Assembly: GCA_002633005.1 (NCBI GenBank)
Contig: NMRA01000076.1
Coordinates: 248,001 to 312,000 of the forward strand
Source: Phoronis australis
Taxonomy: Eukaryota; Animalia; Phoronida
Direction: 5' to 3'
Length of the DNA: 64,000 nt
In this document: positions 56,001 to 63,002 of the stretch, in pieces
How the letters are laid out: each line of letters begins with the position of its first letter
Numbering within the stretch: position 1 is the stretch's first letter
Translations under genes and position numbers: made by a program
The notes under the pieces: generated by a model
Seen by the model: only the letters and a program-made list of their open reading frames with translations
The model's database searches: none
What the model was told of the DNA's origin: nothing

Positions 56001-59000
56001 CACTGAGCCAGGGCCTCCATTCCCTGTTCGTTCTTGGCCCTCACAGTGAAGTAAAGAGGTATGCCACCAGGCATCTTGGCCTCTACCAAAGCATTGGTAG
56101 CAGCCATTTGAGTCCAGCCCTAAATGAAAACAAGTCAATAAAATAATAATTAACACGCAATAAATAAACATTTTCACAAGCATGCAAAACATACATTTAC
56201 CTGACCCCTGGAAAGTATACAAAAAATAATGAAAATATTCAAATTCTATGGATGGGCATACCAGATTTGTATGACTGCAAACCACAACCATTACACAAAA
56301 GTGCCATGGTGCCCCATCAGAGAACAGAGGCCACATAAAAGCCGGCTACTGTTTCACCATATTCAAAACTTCCACGTCAACATCACATGCCAGCAGCAGC
56401 CCTCGACTCCTGCCCCCTAAAGCTTACATTTTTTACCCGCACTAATGAAAACGGCAATAACTGTAAATAGACTGTCACACCAAGCGTCATTTTTATGACC
56501 AAATATACACGTGATGGGTTTCTCATTATATATTTTCATGTCTATATTACATAACGCGAAATGTTGGTGATAGAATCCCAGGGGTTACAGGGACTATAAA
56601 CTTGATACGCTTTTACCAGCAATTTCAATACTTTATAACCCCTTCGGTCTGTAGAGGCAATAAATATAGTAGTTACGCCTGGTCTGGCAATGGAATTTAA
56701 CGCCATCGGGTAATGTGTACAGGCGTGAAATTGCGTGTTACCAGCCAAACAAAGGTTTGTGGTTTTCTCAGGGATTTCCACCGATCCGAAAATGAGGCGA
56801 GGTTTTTCGGGTCGGTCTATCACGACCTAAACGCGACATGTAGCTATATCAAAAGACAAAATGAACAATCAAGAATGAATATCCAAATCTAGATAACAAA
56901 ATAACGAAAAAACGCTACTTACAATTACGTTGGTTCCTCCCTTATAAGTGCCAACAGCGTAATGCATAGTCACTTCACTGTTTTCATCCTCAGCGTCCAC
57001 CTCCAGTTCAAACTGTGTGTCAGTCACGTCCAGATCCGTGAGTTGAGCAACCTATGCAAGAGAAAGTGACACACTTAGTTACCACTTAACACGAAAAGTT
57101 AACACCCACTCAAAAAAGCCAAATGTGAATTTTCTTACTAATATGGAGCTTTGTATACAATGCAGGTAACGTATTTTACTTCTGTCGTTTTGCTCAGCAG
57201 AGTGCGCAGTGAATTCCCTGTCAAGCAAAGCAAGCAGGCATGATGCCATACTGATTCAAGTGAATGATGTCTTCATATTTGATCATGCTTAATTTCCACT
57301 AGAACCAATCGTCTCTACGACAAAGCACATATGCCGCATAAATACTGAATGAGGATGATACGTGTTGTATCGCTAGCCACTTTTCTAAACTTTGTTATTC
57401 ACGAATAAAGGGAAATTAACAGGAAAGTTTAGAAATACGGTTTAATAAGCAATTCTGTACCCTGATAAATATAATTAGTAGTCATTTTTGTGGTTAATAG
57501 CGTAAGATGGCAAACAATATTTTGCCTACTAAATACTTTCATCTTGTACTGTTACAGGTGAACTGACAGGTCTTTACAGTTTCAGACAATGCCCATTTTG
57601 TTACTTGTCACCGTGAATTAGTTTCAGTTGCCAAGGCAATATGGCAGTCGGGGGATGTCAGAATAAATATTGATTAAGTAATTAGTAAGAATAGATCCAT
57701 TTTAAGTTGCCCAAAATTTGTTCATATGTACTTTTAAATCATGGGGTCAGACTTGTTGACATGTATTTTAATGTCAAAATCTATTTTTAGATGGTGTTTA
57801 CAACTTTGGGTTCTGGGGTCAAAGTACTCTACTAGAGATTCTAGAATATTCTGAGAACAAATTGTAACAGCCAATAATATGAGTGGACATGATCATGTGG
57901 TTTTTATTAGCCAATCACTAAATAATTAGAATGTTATATTATGGGCTGAAATCAACAAGATAATTAGATGCGCTATAGTAGTTGAAGCATAAAAACTTGC
58001 TACAGCGTACAGAGGAAATTGTACGACAGAGCCATCTCGTGGAAGATTCTAGAAAGGATCTTGACAAGGGCAAGGGTTAACGAACAGGAAGTTAACTAAG
58101 AGCTTGTCACTTGCATTGTGGGTAGTAAGATACTACCTGGAGTGTTGCGTCATCAGCCAGAGACTGTGACCAGCAAGAAGAATCGCGGGTAGAAGAAATT
58201 GCCTGCAAGTGTTGCATCACCAGAGACGGTGACCAACAAGTACACTATCGCTATACAGTGTGTGTGTGTGTAGTTCGAAGATTCACCAACAGGACAGACA
58301 TCCAACAAGTGGAGAATCCTAGCTTGGATAGCAGATAAGACATTTGATTGTTTTGGTTGTTTGATTAAAGTAATCTTTAAAGAGGGCGCTAGCGTAGTTA
58401 CTCTTTGTAGTTGATTACTTAATTAACAATAGGTTTCATTTGTCTAATTAGGGGTTATCATATAATAAATTAATTACTGGATTGGATAATTCACTTTCCA
58501 TCTACGCACAATCTCAAAGCATAGCTACCTTTTAAACAAACCCACAGTCAAACATTTGACAGGGGAGTTCCCAGGGATTTATTGTTAATTCAAAAAGATA
58601 GGAACCGTGAACATATTGTTTTAATTGAAATAACAGAATGCACCGGTGAACACAGTCGGTGTTTTTAGCACCAGAACAGTGTATATATTGGGTTTAATGG
58701 GCCAATTGTAAACTGTTTCACAAAAAAGCTTCGAGTACCTAGCCCAGTCACTTTATCATAACAGCCAAGTTTTCTGCAGAATTTACAATTTACTTGACGC
58801 GACTCGTTTAAATAATTCGAATATTGTCTACTTCTTCAATTCACTATCAAAGTGACGATCAACAGGAAGTAGTACAGCATCACGTGGATTGTTCTTTAGC
58901 GTAAAGAAAAGCACACCTTACCTTGCAAGGTTGACCAGAACGTCTAGTTTTGGTGGCACTTGAAGCACCCTGGAACTGAGGTGGAGATTCGTCCTCCTCT

Positions 59001-62000
59001 GCCTTCTCTATGGTAAACATGTTCATTGTGATAGGTTTGGTGGCAAATTTCCAAATGAAGCCTTCCCAGATTGTTTCGGTGGTGAAAAATAGTTGGAGCT
59101 CCACGAAGGCTATCAGCTCGATTCGCAATGGCGTCAGCACCAGATCCATGCCTCCACTAGAAATAACGGAAAACAGTATGCTAAGCAAGTGAAATTGGTG
59201 AAAGAGACCTCCAGTTCAAGTTTTTCATCAACAAGAGTAGCCATAGGCTTATCCTTGGAGGACAGAATCTGTGAGATATGTCACTCAGGATAAGTTGAGG
59301 ATGAGTTTCTTTTTGATAATATAACAGAAAAAAATGTTTGACGCTTTTCACACATTTAGTCCAGACCCCAAATCATTCTTGAACAGTGAATTATTTTTGT
59401 GTCTCATGTTTTCTAATGAAACTACCATATGTTCTTTAGCTAAGTATCTCAGGGATGCCATTTCAACGCGGAAACCAAATTTGTATTCTACTGTTTCATA
59501 TTAGCTATATCATTTCCTATTGCTTGGGTGGGGTATCTCACAGGTCCTTCCATGTACTTCCATGTTTTTCCATGTTGTTATTGATTAACTATTGTGTAAT
59601 TGCAACAGCATTGTACCCACACATTCTTCCAGGTTCCTCCATAATTGCTACTAACAGTATTGTAAGCCTCGTCGAGGCTGGGTGCCTCTTAGGCACAATA
59701 CTTAAAATAAAGATGCATTGATTCATTCAGTCCTTCGTTCGTTCGTTCGTTCGTTCATTCATACACAGTATGTTTTTTTTTGATTGGAATCTTAATGTTA
59801 TGGAAAAAAACATCTTCAGAAAGTCTGCCCATTTAGACAAATATCTACGAAATTGAAGCACAAAAAATTTAATTTTGGATTCACAATAACCCAAAATTAA
59901 ATGTCTCACTTGACCACGTTTTTTAAAACCAACGGTATCAATAATTTTTTTTCAATTCCTCATTCAAGATGAAATCACAAAAATGCAGAAACAGATTTTC
60001 GAAAATGATCTTCTGCATTTTTGATTCACGCAACTTCTCATTTTTTTGTGAAATTTATTTTCAGTCCCAGTTTCCAGTAGCACCTTATGCAAAACTGAGA
60101 TGCTATTAAATAACATCAAACATTTCCGAACAGTAATCAAAAGAACATTGCAAAATCATACAACTTGTATTTGAAAATTTTAGCAGCATCTATCGTCCAT
60201 TTGTGAGACATCCAAATTCTGACATTTTTTGGAATTACTCATGACCTGAAAATAAACTGTATATGTACCACAATAAAATACAACAAGCAACCAAAATTAT
60301 TCATACAAAGTGACCCAGAATTCCCCATCATGACAGCTGGGCAGAAGCTGAATTCACTGTCAGAGTAATCTCCGCTGATGACAGAGAATGAAGGGGAATT
60401 AACCCGCAAAATTTGTAGCGTGGCTAAGCCACTCTGTAATGAGAACTATGCTGCCATAATAGACATTACCAGTCATTTTCCTTGTCGACAAAACTAGTTG
60501 GTGTGATGAGAAATGGTATTTTGCCCAAATACTCTTATTATATGTTGTATTTGACATAGGACCAGTCAAATTAGATGCATAATAGTTATTATAAATGAGA
60601 TTTTACAAATCAACTGTATGTAGGACCAAGCGTGCACAACATTAGGTCTCAAGTACCTGCAACTAGTCATATCTTGTGACAGACGGAAAACAAATGTCGT
60701 TCATGGGGTAAGAATGAATTCCAAAAATAGAATGGACTAGACTAACCCGTTTAATGAGAATGGAGGTGCAGTTTGCAAGAAAAGCAATGCACTAAATAAG
60801 AAAAGTATGCCGTTCATGAAAAGATTAGGAAACAAATGAGACAATCATTACTATAGAATAATTCTGGTGCTCTGAGCAACTGCCAACAGGTGAAAATGAC
60901 AGAAATGAGAAAGGGATAAACGAACGTGGACAATGCTGGTGTAACTCACCTGAGATCAAGAGGGAACTGTTGGAAGCCAACATTGGCAATACTGGGGAAC
61001 TGAGTCTCAATGAGGTATCCAATGAGTTTGGCCCCAGCCTCGATGATTCCCAATGAGATGGCGACGGAGCCCCAGACTTTAGCGCCACACCAAGGGATGG
61101 CCGTGACCTCCGCACGCATACTCATTATACACAGCTTGATACCCATGAAGGCTCCCAAAGACCCGCCGGCTCCAAATTCTAGAGCATAAAATTTAAGCTT
61201 AGTCTAGTTGTTGCAGATATTCCTCTCAATTCAACAATACTGCAAGACATATGGAGACATTAACATACTCACCACCAAGTTTGTTTAAATTTAGAATTGC
61301 ATTTATCAATGCCAATCAAATTAAGAGTAAACTTGGAAAAGGGTGACGCAATAACTATAATTGCATCAGACTGTAAAAAGTAAATGAAGAAGCAGAAATG
61401 GTTTTGGTTGAAATACATTTAACTTGTCTTGAATACCCAATCAGAATTTTTTATCTCTGAGTTAAAATATCGACAACGGACAGTTTGGAAGCCACTTGAT
61501 TTTTGTTCAGGATTATTCAAACTTGCCACCCTGCGATATGATGTCAATAAACTGGCATACACTAGTTAGGTAAAGAACAGGCATATACACAACATGTCAA
61601 TTCAGGTGCATTTTGCCGAAAGGCATGTTCAGCAGTGTAAGTGTTAAAGCAACACACCACAGTAATTGTTGAACACGACCAAAAAGTCGACAATAACAAT
61701 AACAAGCACACATCCAACAGAAGTCTCTTTAGTCTAGTGACACCACTAACAAGATGGGTTGACTTGACAATCAGTATAATCACCTTCTCCCATACTTAAA
61801 ATATTGAAAAATATATAAAAACCCCATTGTTTTAATGCTAACCTAAATGTTTATCCAATCTGACAAAAATCCAGCCAACCAGCAGCACAGCTCAGTTCAC
61901 AAAAAACAGCTGCCATGTTGGAGTTCATTACAACTGTAGCTTAAGCAGAGTTCAAAGATCAAGGACACAATCATGGGCCCAAGGTCAATACGGAACACAA

Positions 62001-63002
62001 AGTGCCTCTGGGAAAAATTTGAGCGATTTGAAAATAAGACTGACTAGACCACTGCTTACCAACATCTTAAAGTTCAGTTTTAGTAAAATGTTAACTTAAA
62101 AAGTAATAGGTATCTGGAAGTGCTTCAACAGATTTGGGTGCATGATGGACAGGCTGATGTACCGAGAACTTGGTATCTGGCACAATAAGATCCCGCCATT
62201 GTCGCAAAAAATGCAATAAAATTTGAACGCTACTTGAAATGAAATAACTCACCAACTTTGATCGGAACAGGGCCTGCCATGAATCGCCATTGGTATTCAA
62301 AGAATGTAATGTCCTTGGTCGGCACAGGAACCTGACCGGATAGACAAAACTCCGAGCCACCGGGAAATTCCCCTGCTGTTCCAAACACGGCGGTAACAAG
62401 ATATTCGACCATGTTCATCTAGAAAGACACCACTGTGACATTAGGGTTGTGTAAAACCCTATAAAATTGTCAAAATTTGGTTAACTTTGAACATATCTCA
62501 AAAATACATAATTATGAAACTCTTAGTTTGCCATGCTTTTTGCATAATTTTCCAGAACCATGCTAAAAATTCTTTTTAAAACGTTCAACTTTTTCATCAA
62601 TGACTTGTGATTTTCATGCAAAAATTTGCATAAAACAAAAACAAAGTGATTAGAAAAAAGTAACTGGGTTTTTGAGATCCCATCTTGAGAACTTATTGTT
62701 GATACAGTTGTTTTAGTGCTCAAAATGGTTCACTCTTTTTATTGAATTTTACTCAAAAGACAAGGTCACATGTCTGGTAGATTATTTGTAAAAAGTCAAA
62801 AATCCAAGTTTTCAAACAGAATTCAACTAAAATCTTATGCATTGGCAATGTCTTACGTTGGAAGATATGGCGTCTCTGATCTCGTTCATCAGTTGCATAA
62901 TCTCGCTGCTCTTCTCTCCGCACATTATGAGTTCCGTCGTCAAATCAACCAACGGCAGAGCTTGCATACCCCGGGCATTTAGAGCATTGTCCGACTCACC
63001 GT
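111..63002 (-). CDS. Partial giant multi-exon gene (48 exons, about 3,370 aa in window): extracellular-type protein with FN3-like repeats, PAN/apple, Thr-rich segment and cadherin/bacterial-Ig-like domains; incomplete at both ends
   Basis: Exons traced by hand; all introns are GT-AG and phases chain from 63002 to 111. Recurrent motifs DxTPP, W..F.D.(E/H/D)SG, GT/S..GG.D, V.A.N.AGL; many NxS/T sequons. Confidence 0.93.
582..2100. mobile_element. Helentron-type non-autonomous element (HINE, DINE-1/pearl-like) with internal satellite
   Basis: AACAAGAG start; subterminal IR ATGCGCCCAC (607-616) / GTGGGCGCAT (2086-2095); terminal hairpin 2069-2095; A-tract; (CGGA)n-like microsatellite 2004-2056; internal tandem array. 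Confidence 0.8.
940..1995. repeat. Tandem array of seven monomers of about 150 bp, arranged as a three-monomer higher-order repeat of about 451 bp
   Basis: CCACT core at 984, 1124, 1285, 1430, 1575, 1736, 1881; every third monomer is most similar. Confidence 0.85.
2441..2583 (-). CDS. Exon 47 (DITPN...VNDNDEP...SNYD)
   Basis: ttgcag / gtgag; phase 1 to 0; cadherin-type NDxP linker. Confidence 0.88.
3202..3415 (-). CDS. Exon 46, bacterial-Ig/cadherin-like domain (YED...DTEGD...PPHGT...YKPHKDF)
   Basis: ctgcag / gtatg; phase 0 to 1; not in the ORF track. Confidence 0.9.
4497..4655 (-). CDS. Exon 45 (LCDPW...ARRKRNV...FNDKPYLTNAQ), furin-type RRKR
   Basis: cttcag / gtatg; phase 0 to 0. Confidence 0.88.
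5603..5706 (-). CDS. Exon 44 (GDGGGKVKEACESC...TITVK)
   Basis: ctccag / gtatg; phase 1 to 0. Confidence 0.85.
6184..6603. mobile_element. Tc2/pogo-like MITE
   Basis: TA|CCGTAAACTCATGGGTTAATGCCC ... GGGCGTTAACTCGCGAGTTTACGG|TA; internal GGGTAAtyGCCCA repeats. Confidence 0.85.
6634..6770 (-). CDS. Exon 43 (VYEVVKSIFV...PVLLYNDP)
   Basis: tttcag / gtaag; phase 2 to 1. Confidence 0.88.
6933..7508. repeat. Minisatellite, 33-34 bp unit, about 17 copies
   Basis: ATACCC(C)TGCTACACMCAGCCACAGCAGYGAACT repeated. Confidence 0.97.
7843..7990 (-). CDS. Exon 42 (GTGGVIYGEL...SRRMMR)
   Basis: atccag / gtatt; phase 1 to 2. Confidence 0.87.
8381..8879. mobile_element. hAT-like MITE with 6-bp target duplication
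   Basis: CAGGGCTT...AAGCCCTG ends; ATTTGG at 8375-8380 and 8880-8885; subterminal AACGCGGA motifs at both ends. Confidence 0.7.
9963..10055 (-). CDS. Exon 41 (RPNDTSINLGSSRVKRSIQ...ILVQ), furin-type RVKR
   Basis: tttcag / gtaga; phase 1 to 1. Confidence 0.8.
11455..11531. mobile_element. Short palindromic MITE, copy 1
   Basis: TTTGAGAACCAGTTT...AAACGGGTTCTCAAA hairpin; related copies at 29437, 31688 and 36811. Confidence 0.6.
11624..11815 (-). CDS. Exon 40 (GSACNQK...EICVK)
   Basis: ttccag / gtaag; phase 1 to 1. Confidence 0.85.
13100..13213 (-). CDS. Exon 39 (ELEVKMSD...KICSD)
   Basis: tttcag / gtatg; phase 1 to 1. Confidence 0.8.
14642..16132. mobile_element. 1.49 kb non-autonomous TIR element with CATG ends, copy A
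   Basis: TIR CATGTCGTGAACACATCCACTAAA / TTTAGTGGGAATGTTCATAGCATG; both ends match the copy at 52706-54141; flanked by C on each side. Confidence 0.9.
16404..16557 (-). CDS. Exon 38 (LNTRPPNV...VKWV)
   Basis: tttcag / gtgag; phase 0 to 1. Confidence 0.85.
17168..17730. mobile_element. Fragment of a Tc2-like element homologous to the interior of the CATG element (about 14890-15420)
   Basis: Starts TACTGTATTCGACTTAATAACTGCCC; colinear shared blocks such as GAAGCTArGATTCATCA, GTGGTGCATTGCTATCAA, AAATTACCTGAAATC, GAACACACATGTTGTTGTCACGTGACGTTTG. Confidence 0.7.
18387..18628 (-). CDS. Exon 37 (STSNTMGAMW...RATNVAGL...ILT)
   Basis: tttaag / gtgag; phase 1 to 0. Confidence 0.9.
19288..19875 (-). 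CDS. Exon 36 (GVRPPK...CIGCYSECDFNCNPNC...VDITPP...AYS)
   Basis: tcccag / gtaag; phase 1 to 1. Confidence 0.93.
20389..20604 (-). CDS. Exon 35 (GFQRGNKTKVWFAKMW...SITLT)
   Basis: ttcaag (AAG) acceptor / gtgag; phase 1 to 1. Confidence 0.85.
21047..21150. repeat. Minisatellite, 20 bp x 5
   Basis: GAAACACCAGCGTACACTCA repeated. Confidence 0.95.
21189..21426 (-). CDS. Exon 34, Thr-rich mucin-like (VKPCEGNC...TTTTTT...GFGLTFF)
   Basis: ccttag / gtaag; phase 0 to 1. Confidence 0.9.
21589..22156. mobile_element. P-superfamily-like MITE with 7-bp target duplication
   Basis: Ends CACAGATTATAG / CTATAGTCTATG; GTTCTTT at 21582-21588 and 22157-22163. Confidence 0.75.
22810..22964. repeat. Minisatellite, 22 bp x 7
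   Basis: AATGCTGACACATRACACCATG repeated. Confidence 0.97.
22997..23220 (-). CDS. Exon 33 (GIYGEAE...PPTVAT)
   Basis: tttcag / gtaag; phase 1 to 0. Confidence 0.9.
23302..23532. mobile_element. Short-TIR element with TTA..TAA ends, possibly Crypton-type
   Basis: Perfect 11-bp IR TTATTACACTG / CAGTGTAATAA; C on both flanks. Confidence 0.6.
24448..24649 (-). CDS. Exon 32 (LKCPDTRD...YMKCA)
   Basis: ttgcag / gtatg; phase 0 to 1. Confidence 0.88.
25880..25986 (-). CDS. Exon 31 (VVGSIVDGDNW...YKEQ)
   Basis: tttcag / gtcag; phase 1 to 0. Confidence 0.9.
26321..27568 (-). CDS. Exon 30, 1,248 bp, about 3.5 FN3-like repeats
   Basis: 406-aa ORF; gaatag / gtaag; phase 1 to 1. Confidence 0.96.
28385..28621 (-). 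CDS. Second copy of exon 29 (probably the other allele, duplicated by assembly)
   Basis: Same peptide as 30636-30872; only synonymous differences seen. Confidence 0.7.
29437..29508. mobile_element. Short palindromic MITE, copy 2 (repeated near 31688 in the duplicated segment)
   Basis: GGGTCCCACATTTCGAGAACTAGTT ... AACTGGTTCTCAAAATGAGGGACTC. Confidence 0.65.
30636..30872 (-). CDS. Exon 29 (GTSIRATVRAVNKAGL...YRAD)
   Basis: ctacag / gtgag; phase 1 to 1. Confidence 0.88.
32042..32148 (-). CDS. Exon 28 (YEIALGTAQ...GLNLAA)
   Basis: ctctag / gtacg; phase 2 to 1. Confidence 0.9.
32318..33013. repeat. 27-bp minisatellite in two variant blocks
   Basis: ACCATGTGAACAAGATCAGTTCCATCA, then ACCATGGGATCAAGATCACTTCCAATA. 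Confidence 0.95.
32923..33651. repeat. 364-bp direct duplication around a single N (33287), including exon 27; likely assembly overlap
   Basis: 32923-33286 matches 33288-33651. Confidence 0.9.
33524..33648 (-). CDS. Exon 27 (VKIVTP...WQPFTDSTPLD); near-identical second copy at 33159-33283
   Basis: ttacag / gtttg; phase 0 to 2. Confidence 0.88.
33641..33865. repeat. Degenerate tandem repeat of about 38 bp containing the exon 27 acceptor
   Basis: TTTTAACCTGTAACAGTG recurs about six times. Confidence 0.75.
34246..34466 (-). CDS. Exon 26 (YMAIAVG...IDPPTATE)
   Basis: tttcag / gtaat; phase 1 to 0. Confidence 0.92.
34723..34909 (-). CDS. Exon 25 (VFGELR...VDVTPP...DNESSVT)
   Basis: ccgcag / gtaag; phase 0 to 1. 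Confidence 0.92.
35855..35982 (-). CDS. Exon 24 (GIGNKTMYYRVGSLPG...QGQL)
   Basis: caacag / gtaag; phase 1 to 0. Confidence 0.9.
36472..36682 (-). CDS. Exon 23 (AFVTVRA...LDSTPP...STDY)
   Basis: tggcag / gtagg; phase 0 to 1. Confidence 0.92.
36811..36892. mobile_element. Short palindromic MITE, copy 3
   Basis: TA|CAGGGGTGCCATATTCTGAGAACCA...GTTATTCAGAGCAGAAA...TGGCTCTCAAAATGTGGGACCC. Confidence 0.6.
37198..37795. repeat. Minisatellite, 40 bp x about 15
   Basis: CCCAGGTTGTCTGTGTCTACAACTGACATGCACATGTACA repeated. Confidence 0.97.
38213..38340 (-). CDS. Exon 22 (GYDWGIGS...LTKEK)
   Basis: ttttag / gtatt; phase 1 to 0. Confidence 0.9.
38611..38839 (-). CDS. Exon 21 (PFSTSSLYYY...SEACGII)
   Basis: ttccag / gtaag; phase 0 to 1. 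Confidence 0.92.
39050..39286 (-). CDS. Exon 20 (VHVG...WSGFDFQSGISRY...LGLQ)
   Basis: ccacag / gtaaa; phase 0 to 0. Confidence 0.92.
39921..40112 (-). CDS. Exon 19 (VHPLVG...IDITPPSMRK)
   Basis: aattag / gtaag; phase 0 to 0. Confidence 0.9.
40566..40680 (-). CDS. Exon 18 (YQKY...WEYVDAESGIAEY...TEQ)
   Basis: ttgcag / gtact; phase 2 to 0. Confidence 0.9.
41105..41358. mobile_element. pogo/Tigger-like MITE (old)
   Basis: TA|CGGTAAAGTTTCCTCAAATTCGAACA versus right-end reverse complement CAGTAAAGCTTCTTCAAATTAGAACA. Confidence 0.7.
42005..42275 (-). CDS. Exon 17 (GFSDPESNI...IDLTPP...NPGG)
   Basis: tttcag / gtaaa; phase 1 to 2. Confidence 0.93.
43121..43557. mobile_element. Foldback MITE with inverted arms of about 190-210 bp
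   Basis: 43121-43308 is the inverted complement of 43344-43557; ends AATT|ACAAGGTACC ... GGTACCTTGT|AATT (TSD is TA or AATT). Confidence 0.92.
43738..43848 (-). CDS. Exon 16 (VKVDLTPP...AQWD)
   Basis: ttccag / gtacg; phase 1 to 1. Confidence 0.92.
44443..44505. repeat. (TATATG)n microsatellite
   Basis: Read directly. Confidence 0.9.
44870..45063 (-). CDS. Exon 15 (YYVRMGSTPGG...GSSDG)
   Basis: ttacag / gtaag; phase 2 to 1. Confidence 0.93.
45526..45703 (-). CDS. Exon 14 (VELF...VDKSPPIAGTVYDG...WANFFDPHSGIM)
   Basis: ttgcag / gtaag; phase 1 to 2. Confidence 0.93.
46508..46684 (-). CDS. Exon 13 (GLSLVEFGLGRSK...IRLQVLNN)
   Basis: atacag / gtaga; phase 1 to 1. Confidence 0.9.
46738..46851. 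repeat. Degenerate tandem repeat of about 24 bp, about 5 copies
   Basis: TATGACATCATCaAAAACAGTGG recurs. Confidence 0.75.
47137..47305 (-). CDS. Exon 12 (GLNDVIFGG...IDITPP...DHLS)
   Basis: ctatag / gtgag; phase 0 to 1. Confidence 0.92.
47595..47797 (-). CDS. Exon 11 (ANWDEFEDKDSG...YYFTVQ)
   Basis: tttcag / gtgac; phase 1 to 0. Confidence 0.92.
48554..49011. repeat. 77-bp tandem repeat x 6 containing the exon 10 3' end and donor site
   Basis: Units start at 48554, 48631, 48708, 48785, 48862 and 48939. Confidence 0.97.
48988..49243 (-). CDS. Exon 10 (NFINPGPG...DFTPPDP...TSYLN)
   Basis: ttgcag / gtaat; phase 0 to 1. Confidence 0.88.
49764..49907 (-). CDS. Exon 9 (VQLKSSAGWSYYERL...NSLGYR)
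   Basis: gtatag / gtgag; phase 0 to 0. Confidence 0.88.
49969..50017. repeat. (TA)n microsatellite
   Basis: Read directly. Confidence 0.98.
50399..50599 (-). CDS. Exon 8, PAN/apple domain (SPAVCARRCLNYGRKCISFMYDVVNKACVLLS)
   Basis: CxxxC...CxSFxY...CxL PAN pattern; tttcag / gtaag; phase 0 to 0. Confidence 0.9.
52706..54141. mobile_element. CATG-ended TIR element, copy B, nested in the LINE ORF (contains the N gap)
   Basis: Matches 14642-16132 on both sides of the gap; flanked by T on each side. Confidence 0.9.
53104..53898. other. Assembly gap (795 N)
   Basis: N run. Confidence 1.
54948..55095 (-). CDS. Exon 7 (GSVVAFEDSP...NTLE)
   Basis: ttacag / gtacg; phase 2 to 0. Confidence 0.88.
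55917..56119 (-). CDS. Exon 6 (GWTQMAAT...YFTVRAKNEQG...PKVI)
   Basis: atttag / gtaag; phase 0 to 2. Confidence 0.9.
56543..56848. mobile_element. Possible old MITE
   Basis: Imperfect IR TATATTACATAACGCG / CGCGACATGTAGCTATA around a CpG-richer core. Confidence 0.35.
56923..57051 (-). CDS. Exon 5 (VAQLTDLD...YAVGTYKGGTNVI), FN3-like
   Basis: gcatag / gtaag; phase 0 to 0; not in the ORF track. Confidence 0.9.
58922..59156 (-). CDS. Exon 4 (SGGMDLVLTPLRIEL...DESPP...GQPCK)
   Basis: ttctag / gtaag; phase 2 to 0. Confidence 0.9.
59733..59760. repeat. (TTCG)n microsatellite
   Basis: Read directly. Confidence 0.85.
60950..61178 (-). CDS. Exon 3 (EFGAGGSLGAFMGIKLC...FPLDL), beta-strand rich
   Basis: ctctag / gtgag; phase 1 to 2. 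Confidence 0.9.
62253..62418 (-). CDS. Exon 2 (MNMVEYLV...FMAGPVPIKV)
   Basis: ttctag / gtgag; phase 0 to 1. Confidence 0.88.
62857..63002 (-). CDS. Exon 1 in window (DGESDNALNARGMQ...AISSN)
   Basis: tttcag acceptor, gtaag donor; phase 1 to 0. Confidence 0.8.

Noticed and set aside
57650-58460. Possible solo LTR (TTCTAGAA motifs, short internal repeats, ATTAAA)
   Set aside because: I could not find TG..CA boundaries with a matching TSD.
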